DNA of 64,000 nucleotides, taken from NCBI GenBank assembly GCA_032718475.1, contig JAUCBJ010006610.1, forward strand, positions 62,001 to 126,000. The letters are read 5' to 3'. The translations under genes and the position numbers were made by a program. Positions 25,501 to 35,807 of this stretch are shown piece after piece. Below the pieces are notes generated by a model. That model was not told the DNA's origin. It saw nothing but the letters and a program-made list of their open reading frames with translations, and made no database searches. Each line of letters opens with the position of its first letter. Within the stretch, counting starts at the first letter, position 1. Source of the DNA: Nemertoderma westbladi. Taxonomy: Eukaryota > Animalia > Xenacoelomorpha.

Positions 25501-28335
25501 GTGTGTACGTTAATTGAGACAACAAACAAGCAATGTGTAACACCACAAACAAGCAACTTGTGTACGGTAATTGAAACCATAAACAAGCAACATGTGTACG
25601 TTAATTGAGACAACAAACAAGCAATGTGTAACACCACAAACAAGCAACTTGTGTACGGTAATTGAAACCATAAACAAGCAACATGTGTACGGTAATTGAG
25701 ACCACAAACAAGCAATGTGTAAGAACACAAACAAGCAATGTGTAAGACCACAAACAAGCAACTTGTGTACGGTAATTGAAACCATAAACAAGCAACATGT
25801 GTACGTTAATTGAGACCATAAACAAGCAACATGTGTACGTTAATTGAGACCACACACAAGCAATGTGTAATAACACACACAGGCAACGTGTGTACTTTAA
25901 TTGAGACCACACACAAGCAATGTGTAAGAACACACACAAGCAATGTGTAAGACCACAATCAGGCAACGTGTGTATGGTAATTGAAACCATAAACAAGCAA
26001 CATGTGTACGTTAATTGAGACAACAAACAAGCAATGTGTAACACCACAAACAAGCAACTTGTGTACGGTAATTGAAACCATAAACAAGCAACATGTGTAC
26101 GGTAATTGAGACCACAAACAAGCAACATGTGTACGTTAATTGAGACAACAAACAAGCAATGTGTAACACCACAAACAAGCAACTTGTGTACGGTAATTGA
26201 AACCATAAACAAGCAACATGTGTACGGTAATTGAGACAACAAACAAGCAATGTGTAACACCACAAACAAGCAACTTGTGTACGGTAATTGAAACCATAAA
26301 CAAGCAACATGTGTACGTTAATTGAGACAACAAACAAGCAATGTGTAACACCACAAACAAGCAACTTGTGTACGGTAATTGAAACCATAAACAAGCAACA
26401 TGTGTACGGTAATTGAGACCACAAACAAGCAATGTGTAACACCACAAACAAGCAATGTGTAACACCACAAACAAGCAATGTGTAACACCACAAACAAGCA
26501 ATGTGTAAGACCACAATCAGGCAACGTGTGTATGGTAATTGAAACCATAAACAAGCAACATGTGTACGTTAATTGAGACCACACACAAGCAATGTGTAAG
26601 AACACACACAAGCAGCATGTGTACGGTAATTGAAACCATAAACAAGCAACATGTGTACGGTAATTGAGACCACAAACAAGCAACATGTGTAAGACCACAA
26701 ACAAGCAATGTGTAAGACCACAATCAGGCAACGTGTGTATGGTAATTGAAACCATAAACAAGCAACATGTGTACGTTAATTGAGACCACACACAAGCAAT
26801 GTGTAAGAACACACACAAGCAACATGTGTACGGTAATTGAAACCATAAACAAGCAACATGTGTACGTTAATTGAGACAACAAACAAGCAATGTGTAACAC
26901 CACAAACAAGCAACTTGTGTACGGTAATTGAAACCATAAACAAGCAACATGTGTACGGTAATTGAGACAACAAACAAGCAATGTGTAACACCACAAACAA
27001 GCAACTTGTGTACGGTAATTGAAACCATAAACAAGCAACATGTGTACGGTAATTGAGACAACAAACAAGCAATGTGTAACACCACAAACAAGCAACTTGT
27101 GTACGGTAATTGAAACCATAAACAAGCAACATGTGTACGGTAATTGAGACAACAAACAAGCAATGTGTAACACCACAAACAAGCAACTTGTGTACGGTAA
27201 TTGAAACCATAAACAAGCAACATGTGTACGTTAATTGAGACAACAAACAAGCAATGTGTAACACCACAAACAAGCAACTTGTGTACGGTAATTGAAACCA
27301 TAAACAAGCAACATGTGTACGGTAATTGAGACCACAAACAAGCAATGTGTAACACCACAAACAAGCAATGTGTAACACCACAAACAAGCAATGTGTAACA
27401 CCACAAACAAGCAATGTGTAAGACCACAATCAGGCAACGTGTGTATGGTAATTGAAACCATAAACAAGCAACATGTGTACGTTAATTGAGACAACAAACA
27501 AGCAATGTGTAACACCACAAACAAGCAACATGTGTACGGTAATTGAGACCACAAACAAGCAATGTGTAACACCACAAACAAGCAATGTGTAACACCACAA
27601 ACAAGCAATGTGTAACACCACAAACAAGCAATGTGTAAGACCACAATCAGGCAACGTGTGTATGGTAATTGAAACCATAAACAAGCAACATGTGTACGTT
27701 AATTGAGACAACAAACAAGTAATGTGTAAGACCACAAACATGTATTGTGTGTACGTTAATAGGGACCATAAACAAGCAACATGTGTACGGTAATTGAGAC
27801 AACAAACAAGCAATGTGTAACACCACAAACAAGCAACTTGTGTACGGTAATTGAAACCATAAACAAGCAACATGTGTACGGTAATTGAGACAACAAACAA
27901 GCAATGTGTAACACCACAAACAAGCAACTTGTGTACGGTAATTGAAACCATAAACAAGCAACATGTGTACGTTAATTGAGACAACAAACAAGCAATGTGT
28001 AACACCACAAACAAGCAACTTGTGTACGGTAATTGAAACCATAAACAAGCAACATGTGTACGGTAATTGAGACCACAAACAAGCAATGTGTAACACCACA
28101 AACAAGCAATGTGTAACACCACAAACAAGCAATGTGTAACACCACAAACAAGCAATGTGTAAGACCACAATCAGGCAACGTGTGTATGGTAATTGAAACC
28201 ATAAACAAGCAACATGTGTACGGTAATTGAAACCATAAACAAGCAACATGTGTACGTTAATTGAGACAACAAACAAGTAATGTGTAAGACCACAAACATG
28301 TATTGTGTGTACGTTAATAGGGACCAAAAACAAGC
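22510..28335. repeat. Complex satellite of ~34-bp and ~23-bp related monomers with higher-order units (for example 182 bp)
   Basis: Recurrent AATTGA(G/A)ACCA(C/T)A(A/C)ACAAGCAACATGTGTAC and ACCACAAACAAGCAATGTGTAA. Near-identical spurious ORFs recur at 182-bp offsets (22620, 22802, 22984). Confidence 0.97.
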
Positions 28336-28519
28336 GTGCTTATGTGTTGTTTTGTGATCCTTACCAATTAGGGCGGCATGGATTATCACCATATAATGTT
28401 TATATTTACTGGAAGGATACAGATGTTTTATGTTGTATATTGACTTCATAAGTTTAATTTATTAGAACAATGACAACTATTTTCTTTAATTGCGGTACTG
28501 ACAGGCTATCTCTTACCAT

Positions 28520-29012
28520 AACCGCAGGTGATGATGTATAGTCCGGATAATTAAGAAGCTCTTGGCTTCTTTCCTGTCTCAATTTTTCCTCAGATTTTTG
28601 TGGACATGAAGAAAAACAAAACTGGCATTTAGCTCCCTGATTGGCTATAGCTACTATATCATGGATAGGCCTTTCCCAAGCAGCCTTTAATCAGTCTAAT
28701 GTAATTCAATGAAGAAGCACCCTTCCCGTGTCTTAGCAACAACACCTGAGGTAATATGTTAGCTTGCTTGATAGGCAGACTGATGGTAGGAGTTCATTCA
28801 TTCCCCCCTTATCAAAGCGCCAGCTTTTATTATCATTACCCCAGCAAAGCCAGGTTCCCATTATACCGCTGGGTTGGCGTAGGCACTAATGTCTAAAGTG
28901 TCTTGCCTGGGGACACAACAGTGCGAAAGTTCTACAGCCTGTAGTCGGATTCGAACGTGCGCCACCAAACACTATCGTGTAAGCAGTTCAGGCGCCGTAT
29001 CCACTCGGACAC
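28520..29012 (-). mobile_element. tRNA-derived SINE with a conserved-type central domain
   Basis: - strand head GTGTCCGAGTGGATACGGCGCC...GTTCGAATCC (A/B boxes), then GTTGTGTCCCCAGGCAAGACACTTT...CAACCCAGCGGTATAATGGGAACCTG, typical of invertebrate SINE2 bodies. The 3' limit is approximate. Confidence 0.75.
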
Positions 29013-29530
29013 TGATTTATATTACAAGTAATCATATTTGTAATAGTAGCACCGTCTGAAACTGTATTAATTGTATAATATTGTTCAGAAAATATTTTGA
29101 GTGTAACTTGAACGAAGACGTGGACAGTCGCGCTGAAGTTAGAGAGCTTCTTTCGCGGTGCGCTGGCGGTGCATAGCACCGCCAGCTAGTGAAAAAATAT
29201 AAAATAAAATTTAATTAGCAATATGCCTTCAGTGAATATTATTAACTTACTAAAGGGAAGGCGACCAATCAGTAGGTTGAGTGGATCATTCACTGCCTTG
29301 CATTGAGTTGAGCGATAGTGTGATTGATTTACCTGTGGATCACATTCAAACGCATAGACATCAGGGCTTCTTTGCTCGGTGTAATAAATCTGAAATTAAA
29401 TTTAATTATAATGCGCAACATAACAACTTGCTGTTAATACGAAGGGCGTTCTGAAATCATAACATTTTTCAACATATTTAATATTCAATCCATCATTTTT
29501 AACAAAATCATAATTTATTCATTTATTTAG

Positions 29531-29635
29531 GGTATGAGGGGATACTCCGGAGTTGTAGGGAATAAAGGAGAACCTGGTCGCGATGGTGTCGTGGAGATGG
29601 GAAGATTAAGACGGGCTATTACTTATGTCACCGGC
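29531..29635 (+). CDS. Collagen exon D ending in non-collagenous sequence (GMRGYSGVVGNKGEPGRDGVVEMGRLRRAITYVTG)
   Basis: tttAG acceptor, GTAAGT donor; phase 0/0, seven Gly-X-Y triplets then a non-collagenous segment. Confidence 0.88.
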
Positions 29636-30688
29636 GTAAGTTTAAGATTATAAACAATTATATTGACACAATGGAATCATTTTACTAATCTACCAAGGTA
29701 ATTATTGGAAGTGAAACTGAATAATGTTTTAAAGTGTTGAAGAGCACTGAGTCAGTAGCATGTAAATTCGTCATTAAAATACACAATAGTCCATCTCTGA
29801 GATAAGATTACACTATTATGGGAGATTTTATATAGATTTATGTTGATTAATGGAAAGAGTTTTTTTTATTGTACATACAAGAATTAATTTACGATAAATT
29901 ATTAAATTATTATTATTATTTTTATTTATTTAATTATTTACGATTAAATTGCTTATACTAAATAATAATAATATTTATTATATTATGTAAATATATTAAT
30001 AATTAAATTAGAAATATAATTAAATTATCATAATTAATATTAAATTTACGATTAGTTTGAGAACAATAAAAAATTGCTGGAAAATAGAAAACATTTGTTT
30101 CAGCCAACAAATCTTTTTTTTGGGCTCGGGAAAAATTCCCATCTCTGACTAAGTAATAAGGGTTTAAAGTTTGGCAAGTGAAGTCTGGTCGGCATGATTC
30201 TTTTCAGTAATATTATTTTAAAGTAAATAGTTATAGGTTAGCTAGTTAGGATTATTAAATACAAACTACAAAAAATAACACCGACATAATTGGGAAATAG
30301 TAACACCACAATAGATGTTAGTTATAACTAATACGCCATGTCAAAATATGTATAATGGCGTTTTTAAAACCTGTCTATATAAGATGAGGGCGTTCTGCGG
30401 GATATAATGGCGTTTGGTAAACATGTTATCTTAATGCCAAAACTGGCGTTAAGGGTATTGTAGACCAAAAATTCGTCATAAATGGCGCTTGTCTATCATT
30501 TCATACTCAATTGTTCACATATTTATTGTTGGCACATTGTAAACATGCAGCCATAACAACGATAACGCAAAACTGAACCATATACAGTATATGAACCATA
30601 TAACCATACATTACGCTGGGCGTACTGAAACCATTTTACATATACCCTGGCGATATGTACGTACAGTATACTTTTAATGGTTATATTG

Positions 30689-31209
30689 AAAAATATCGAG
30701 ACATGAAAAATATCGAGAGTAAAAATAACGCGAGTAAAAATATCGAGTGTTGAAAAATATCGATAATATCGAGAGTTCAAAAAATATCGAGAGTAAAAAT
30801 ATCGAGAGTAAAAATATCGAGAGTAAAAATATCGAGAGTAAAAATATCGAGAGTAAAAATATCGAGAGTAAAAATATCGAGAGTAAAAATATCGAGTGTT
30901 GAAAAATATCGAGAGTAAAAATATCGAGTGTTGAAAAATATCGAGAGTAAAAATATCGAGAGTAAAAATATCGAGTGTTGAAAATTATCGAGAGTAAAAA
31001 TATTGAGAGTAAAAATATCGAGAGTAAAAATATCGAGTGTTGAAAAATATCGAGAGTAAAAATATCGAGTGTTGAAAAATATCGAGAGTAAAAATATTGA
31101 GTGTTGAAAAATATCGAGAGTAAAAATATCGAGTGTTGAAAAATATCGAGAGTAAAAATATCGAGAGTAAAAATATCGAGAGTAAAAATATCGAGAGTAA
31201 AAATATCGA
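30689..31209. repeat. Tandem array of 15-bp AAAAATATCGAGAGT and 17-bp AAAAATATCGAGTGTTG units, possibly subterminal repeats of a truncated DNA transposon
   Basis: About 30 copies seen directly; the array abuts the 5'-truncation point of the LINE at 31208. Confidence 0.9.
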
Positions 31210-31481
31210 TGACTTAGGAGTACTCTCAGAATCACCAGAGGGAGCCCAACGGCTCCTCAGCTCATTAGAACATGCTGCTTCTAGTGTTGGTCTTTATATT
31301 AACTCCAGAAAGACCAAAATTTTGACAGTTAACTTTGAAAGTCCTCAGAAAGTCTCTGATCGGATGAGCATAAGCTCAAAAGATGGTATGCTTGAGCATG
31401 TGGATGACTTCTGTTACCTGGGATCATGGTTCCGGAAGTCAGGTGAGGACCTTCGAATACGTAAGGGAAAGGCATGGGCAG
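31208..31481 (+). mobile_element. RTE-type LINE, 5' half (truncated at the RT DD motif), split by BEL-2
   Basis: DDLGVLSES..AQRLL..LE.AASSVGLYIN.RKT...VDDFCYLGS...DLRIRKGKAWA continues in frame at 50409 once the LTR element and one GGCAG are removed. Confidence 0.92.
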
Positions 31482-32683
31482 TGTACGCGCTTTTGAAGAC
31501 CTTTAGCAGTTTAACCTGCCAAAATTTATATGTCTTTTGGTTTATAAATAGACTTTAGTAAATGACAAGTATTTAATACCAATAAACACAACATTAGCCG
31601 AAGCCAGCCTAGTGCGCGTCCATTCACCCGCTGGATATACCCGGGAGACTGGATTCGGATGGGGCTTAGATTTTATTATTGCAGTGTAAGCTTACTGTAT
31701 TATTCGATTGATCGTTAATAAATAATTTCTGACGAGTATTATTCACTTTCGGGAAATATTAACAGTTCCTTTAGGACGTGGCGCTCTATCTAGGTAAACA
31801 GAGATATGACTTATACTAAACACAACTGTAAGACTGTAAGGCTTATGACTCACGTATGAGGCGCATTCTTTAGGAAATGCTTAGTTATCAGCCACAATCA
31901 TGCACACTACCGGTACCACACAATACTGCACACTAATCTGCCGACCGTCAATGAATTTTATCATACATAAAGAGAACAGCAATTGACTCATGTAGTGCCT
32001 ATCAAATAGCATTAAATTCACTACAAACCACGATAATATAAGTCGCAATCGCTATATGTAACCTGTCTCTCTAACCTGTAGTGTATCAAGAAAATTGGGA
32101 AATTTGGGTTATTTATCGATGTTCTCCAAATAATAATATTCAACCAACTGATACAAATAATGACAACAGTAAAAAGCATTAAGACGGTAGGTTAAGATTA
32201 TAACAATATAAGATTGTACCGCTGCGCTACTGCGCTGATAAGACTGATAACAGTTATACGCTCTATAATCTAAGCCTACTAATGTTTCTTTTAAAGTCTG
32301 AAACAAATTGACTCCAGAGCCGGTGTTCTTGGCCTAGATAGAAACAACAAAACTATAACACAGAAAACTATAAGACTGAACACTCCTAGCACGATCTGTA
32401 GAATATCTCCACATCGACAGTAAAAATCGCTCTGATTGGCTGTTAAGCTGAAACAAAGAACCATGTGTCCAACGGCCATTTCCATGCCAGCAACCAGCTG
32501 TTAGATGTCGTAATCTGAATCATCAAGGCTACACTGTGCTAGAGGATTTGACGCATTGCGGGTTTTGTATCTTGCCATGTCCTCCAAAGCACACATAGAG
32601 AAAAACAACTTTTATGTCCATTAAAACACCCACACGGTATTTTGCGGGCAAGGGGACTGATTATATCCGCAAAAGCTTTTACA
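31482..32683 (-). repeat. 3' LTR of BEL-2 (1202 bp)
   Basis: TGT...ACA direct repeat of 49215-50403 with about 6 substitutions and one 13-bp indel by eye; AATAAA on - strand at 31672-31677. Confidence 0.97.
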
Positions 32684-32761
32684 CCGCTCCCAGAAAATGG
32701 GATTCAAGTCTATAAATATACAAAAATCACAGTTTCTAATATACGTAAATACTCTAAACAG

Positions 32762-34537
32762 TTAGTCTTTCTTGCGCGGACGGCATTTACGCAGTTTTTT
32801 AAAGCTGGCCAGAGTCCTTTTCTCTTTGGGGCGAGCCACTTTACAAGGAGGGCTATAACTCCTGGGTGAAGGGTGCAATATGATTGCATCACAGGGTGTA
32901 GGATTATGGTCGGTGTATCCGCCAGTCGAAGTGCCGGGCTGATTGACATCAACGTCGGGGGAGAGGGGTCTAACGGCCTTGAGAGCGCGTTTTAGGACGG
33001 CCGCTCTTACGGGTCCTTTACGAGTGGTCTGAACGAGAGCCGTGGGTGGACCATAGGCAGTCAGAAACTTCCTGGGTTTAATGGTTCTTTCCAACTCGCG
33101 TTCGCGGGCTCGGTATTCGTAAGGCCGTCGATATACTTCCTGTAACTCGGGGTGTGAGTTAACAAATAAGTCTCCATAGTCCGGATCCTGACGGATAAAA
33201 TTGATCAGGTTATATGAATGAAGGTCGCTAGGATTAACACTCCTGAGAAATTTGCGTACGAACTTGGTTGAAATACATTCTCCGACGCGCTTTAGTAGTT
33301 CGTAACTCGATATGCGTGATTTCTGTTCGACAGAAGCGAATAGGTAAGGATGGAACGCATAAACTCCTTCGTAAGCGCGTCCAGGATAATAGCGATGGCG
33401 CGAATCACAATGTAAATCAGCGTTCGCTTCCCAAGCTCTGATGTAAGGTAGTGTGATTATTTCATCTACGCTTTCCAAATCGTGATTAAAAGGGCAATCG
33501 AAACTGGCGTGTCCCTTTAGTTGACAATGGTGACATTGAGTCATAAATTGAGGGCAAACCGCAAAAATATGCAAGTTATTGAGTCTGCAATATGCGCAAT
33601 AAATTTCCATCGCCGGTTGTTCGTGGAAATAGGAACAGCGGACGTTTGTGTCCATGGGCGTATCATGGTCTCTCGATGCGCACAACCGACAACGTTGCCG
33701 AGAAACATAGTTGGCATGGCGATAATCGTACGCAGTGAGACACTGTGGACCTTGATACCATTCTAGGATGTAATCGTTGTCGCTGTTCCGGGGCGCGATA
33801 GGCTGAATCTCCTCAGATTCTAGGCATATTGGTTCGTCTTCCCAGTGCATAGCTGAGGTGGGCGTGTCTGTCTCTTCAAGTGGACCTATTGTCTGAATTT
33901 CCACGACCGAATAACCTGTGGGGATTCGAGGTCTTTGTATAACAGAGGAGTGCAAGTTCGATATACAAATCTCTTTGAAAATGGCAAATCCAGCGCTATC
34001 TAACTTCTCTGCAGCTGAGTTTCTTAGGCTGAGCTTGGTCAAAGCGCGGTCTTTAAATTGGCTATCCACGTTGCGGAACGGGGTTAAAAATCGCCGGAAA
34101 CATTCGAAGCGGATGAATTTATTATGTTCATCTAGCTTAGTGAGTTTGGTCCCAAGTATTAATGGATGGGCGCGTATAGTACGACTGCACACATCGGCTA
34201 GCCAACCGGAAAGTGCGGTGTTTTCAAAGATCGTGTAGATAGCTAAGGAGGGACGGAGTGGAACACTCATGAAGCTATACACGGCGCCAGTTGCGGTCAA
34301 TGGTCCATCAAAGTATAATCGAGAATAATGGTCTCCGTATACTTGTTGATAGTTGATGGGATTTCCGACTTTGAAATTCCATCCGTATTCCTGAAAGGCA
34401 AGATGTCCGATGGAAGTTCGTTGCACCTTTGTAATGTTGCTAGACGTATTAGCATACATGGTGCGGAAGAAACCTCGACCTTCTGCCCAGGGAGCAATCA
34501 GCTGAGTATCAACGAAAGGGTATGGAATGTTCTCCAT
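32762..34537 (-). CDS. Accessory ORF of BEL-2: 591-aa protein with three CCHC-type zinc fingers and a basic C-terminus, function unknown
   Basis: Uninterrupted ORF, same strand as pol, ending ~80 bp before the 3' LTR. Motifs CRLCASRDH(x9)C, CAYCRLNNLHIFAVC and CHHCQLKGHASFDC; K/R-rich tail; no evident signal peptide or TM helix. Confidence 0.85.
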   Translation of the reverse strand: MENIPYPFVDTQLIAPWAEGRGFFRTMYANTSSNITKVQRTSIGHLAFQEYGWNFKVGNPINYQQVYGDHYSRLYFDGPLTATGAVYSFMSVPLRPSLAIYTIFENTALSGWLADVCSRTIRAHPLILGTKLTKLDEHNKFIRFECFRRFLTPFRNVDSQFKDRALTKLSLRNSAAEKLDSAGFAIFKEICISNLHSSVIQRPRIPTGYSVVEIQTIGPLEETDTPTSAMHWEDEPICLESEEIQPIAPRNSDNDYILEWYQGPQCLTAYDYRHANYVSRQRCRLCASRDHDTPMDTNVRCSYFHEQPAMEIYCAYCRLNNLHIFAVCPQFMTQCHHCQLKGHASFDCPFNHDLESVDEIITLPYIRAWEANADLHCDSRHRYYPGRAYEGVYAFHPYLFASVEQKSRISSYELLKRVGECISTKFVRKFLRSVNPSDLHSYNLINFIRQDPDYGDLFVNSHPELQEVYRRPYEYRARERELERTIKPRKFLTAYGPPTALVQTTRKGPVRAAVLKRALKAVRPLSPDVDVNQPGTSTGGYTDHNPTPCDAIILHPSPRSYSPPCKVARPKEKRTLASFKKLRKCRPRKKD

Positions 34538-35429
34538 ATTCCCGTCGTATGCCTAATATGTCTTCCATTGATGGTAGTGGTAGAGAGCAGGGGAAGACCT
34601 ATGTCGTATTCAGAAATATTCAGAAATACGATCTCAGTTCTCAGTTGGAGGATTCAAACGTTCGAAGACTATCTCCAAATGAATTTATCCCTAGTGCGAG
34701 GAGGTAAACACCAGTTCAAGGATATGTTTGTCTCAGTTGTTCTACATAAGATTTATAACTCCAATCATTGAGGGAGGTGAACAACCAGATTTATGACACA
34801 TAATGGTACCAGTTGTTCACAAACTATCCGCGTGTCCTTTCAGTCCTTGTTTGTATCACGGTTGTGGACTTAAGGAAATTATTGACGGTTGATTTTCTAA
34901 TCAACAACGAGAGGGTGGAAGTTGATATCATAAATATCAACAGAATGTGACATGGACAAGAGGTGCGGACACCAATATGAGCATCCAGATTAACAGTAAG
35001 GGATGGGAGGTTTAGTAAGAGGCGGTATGATCAATACCACGATACGGCAATGATTGGTCGATCGTCTCCCAAAGCTCCGAGCGCGTTGGGAAGAGAAGGT
35101 GGGACGAAGTATGTTGTATTTTCAATAGCGATGTATAGAGGGATAAAGGGAGTAAAGAGGAGGGAGGATATATGGTAGTATCCATAAGATACCACAATGG
35201 ACATGTTTCTGTCACATCATCATTCATTCTTGCCCTTTAATTGTGACACTGATCACAATAATTACAGGAAAACGATGAAGGAAGAGAAAATTACAGCCTC
35301 CCGAAGGAGACCGCCCGCGAGCACCCGTGCCCCGGGGAAAAACTATTCACATCATGGACCCTGGACATTAACCCATGTCTCTTCTCCAGTGTTCTCCTCT
35401 ATTTGTCTTTACAAGCTTTCTTCCACATT

Positions 35430-35807
35430 CTATCTTTCGAGTTGTTTTCGAATAGAATTCTCGTGTTCCATTCTCGGTTCATCATGCCGACTCCGCTGGG
35501 TATGATATTTAAATAGAACCTTTTCCCTTTTGGTGTCTACATCGTCCATATCATGTAAATCGATAGGATGGCCGGTAGTTAGGAAGTCCATATACGTACC
35601 ATTACGATTCGTATAGCGAGCGGTGAATTTTCGATAGTCCAATTCACGCGTAAGTCGCTCTTGGGACATCGGCGGTTCGATATAACGACCATCGTCCTCC
35701 GTAATGGTTGGATCGGCTTCACCGCGTATTAAGCTATCCACAAATGCTTGTAAAGGTAGAGTATATCGCTCCCTAATACCAAGATCATCTTCTATCAACT
35801 CCGTCAT
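35430..35807 (-). CDS. Second accessory ORF of BEL-2, 125 aa, hydrophilic and charged, function unknown
   Basis: ATG-initiated ORF with coding-like composition between pol and the 591-aa ORF, preceded by AG acceptor-like sites (CTCAG/ATAGCAG/ATATG). Confidence 0.6.
   Translation of the reverse strand: MTELIEDDLGIRERYTLPLQAFVDSLIRGEADPTITEDDGRYIEPPMSQERLTRELDYRKFTARYTNRNGTYMDFLTTGHPIDLHDMDDVDTKREKVLFKYHTQRSRHDEPRMEHENSIRKQLER

Noticed and set aside
22620-28449. Many overlapping Cys/Val/Leu-rich ORFs on the - strand
   Set aside because: They are translations of the satellite, open in several frames with repeated text and no gene structure.
30777-31558. ORFs 30777-31235 (-) and 31133-31558 (+) as genes
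   Set aside because: They are read-through of the 15/17-bp tandem array into a truncated LINE and the LTR.
32762-34537. env gene call for the accessory ORF
   Set aside because: No signal peptide, fusion peptide or C-terminal TM helix is evident; it has zinc fingers and a basic tail instead.
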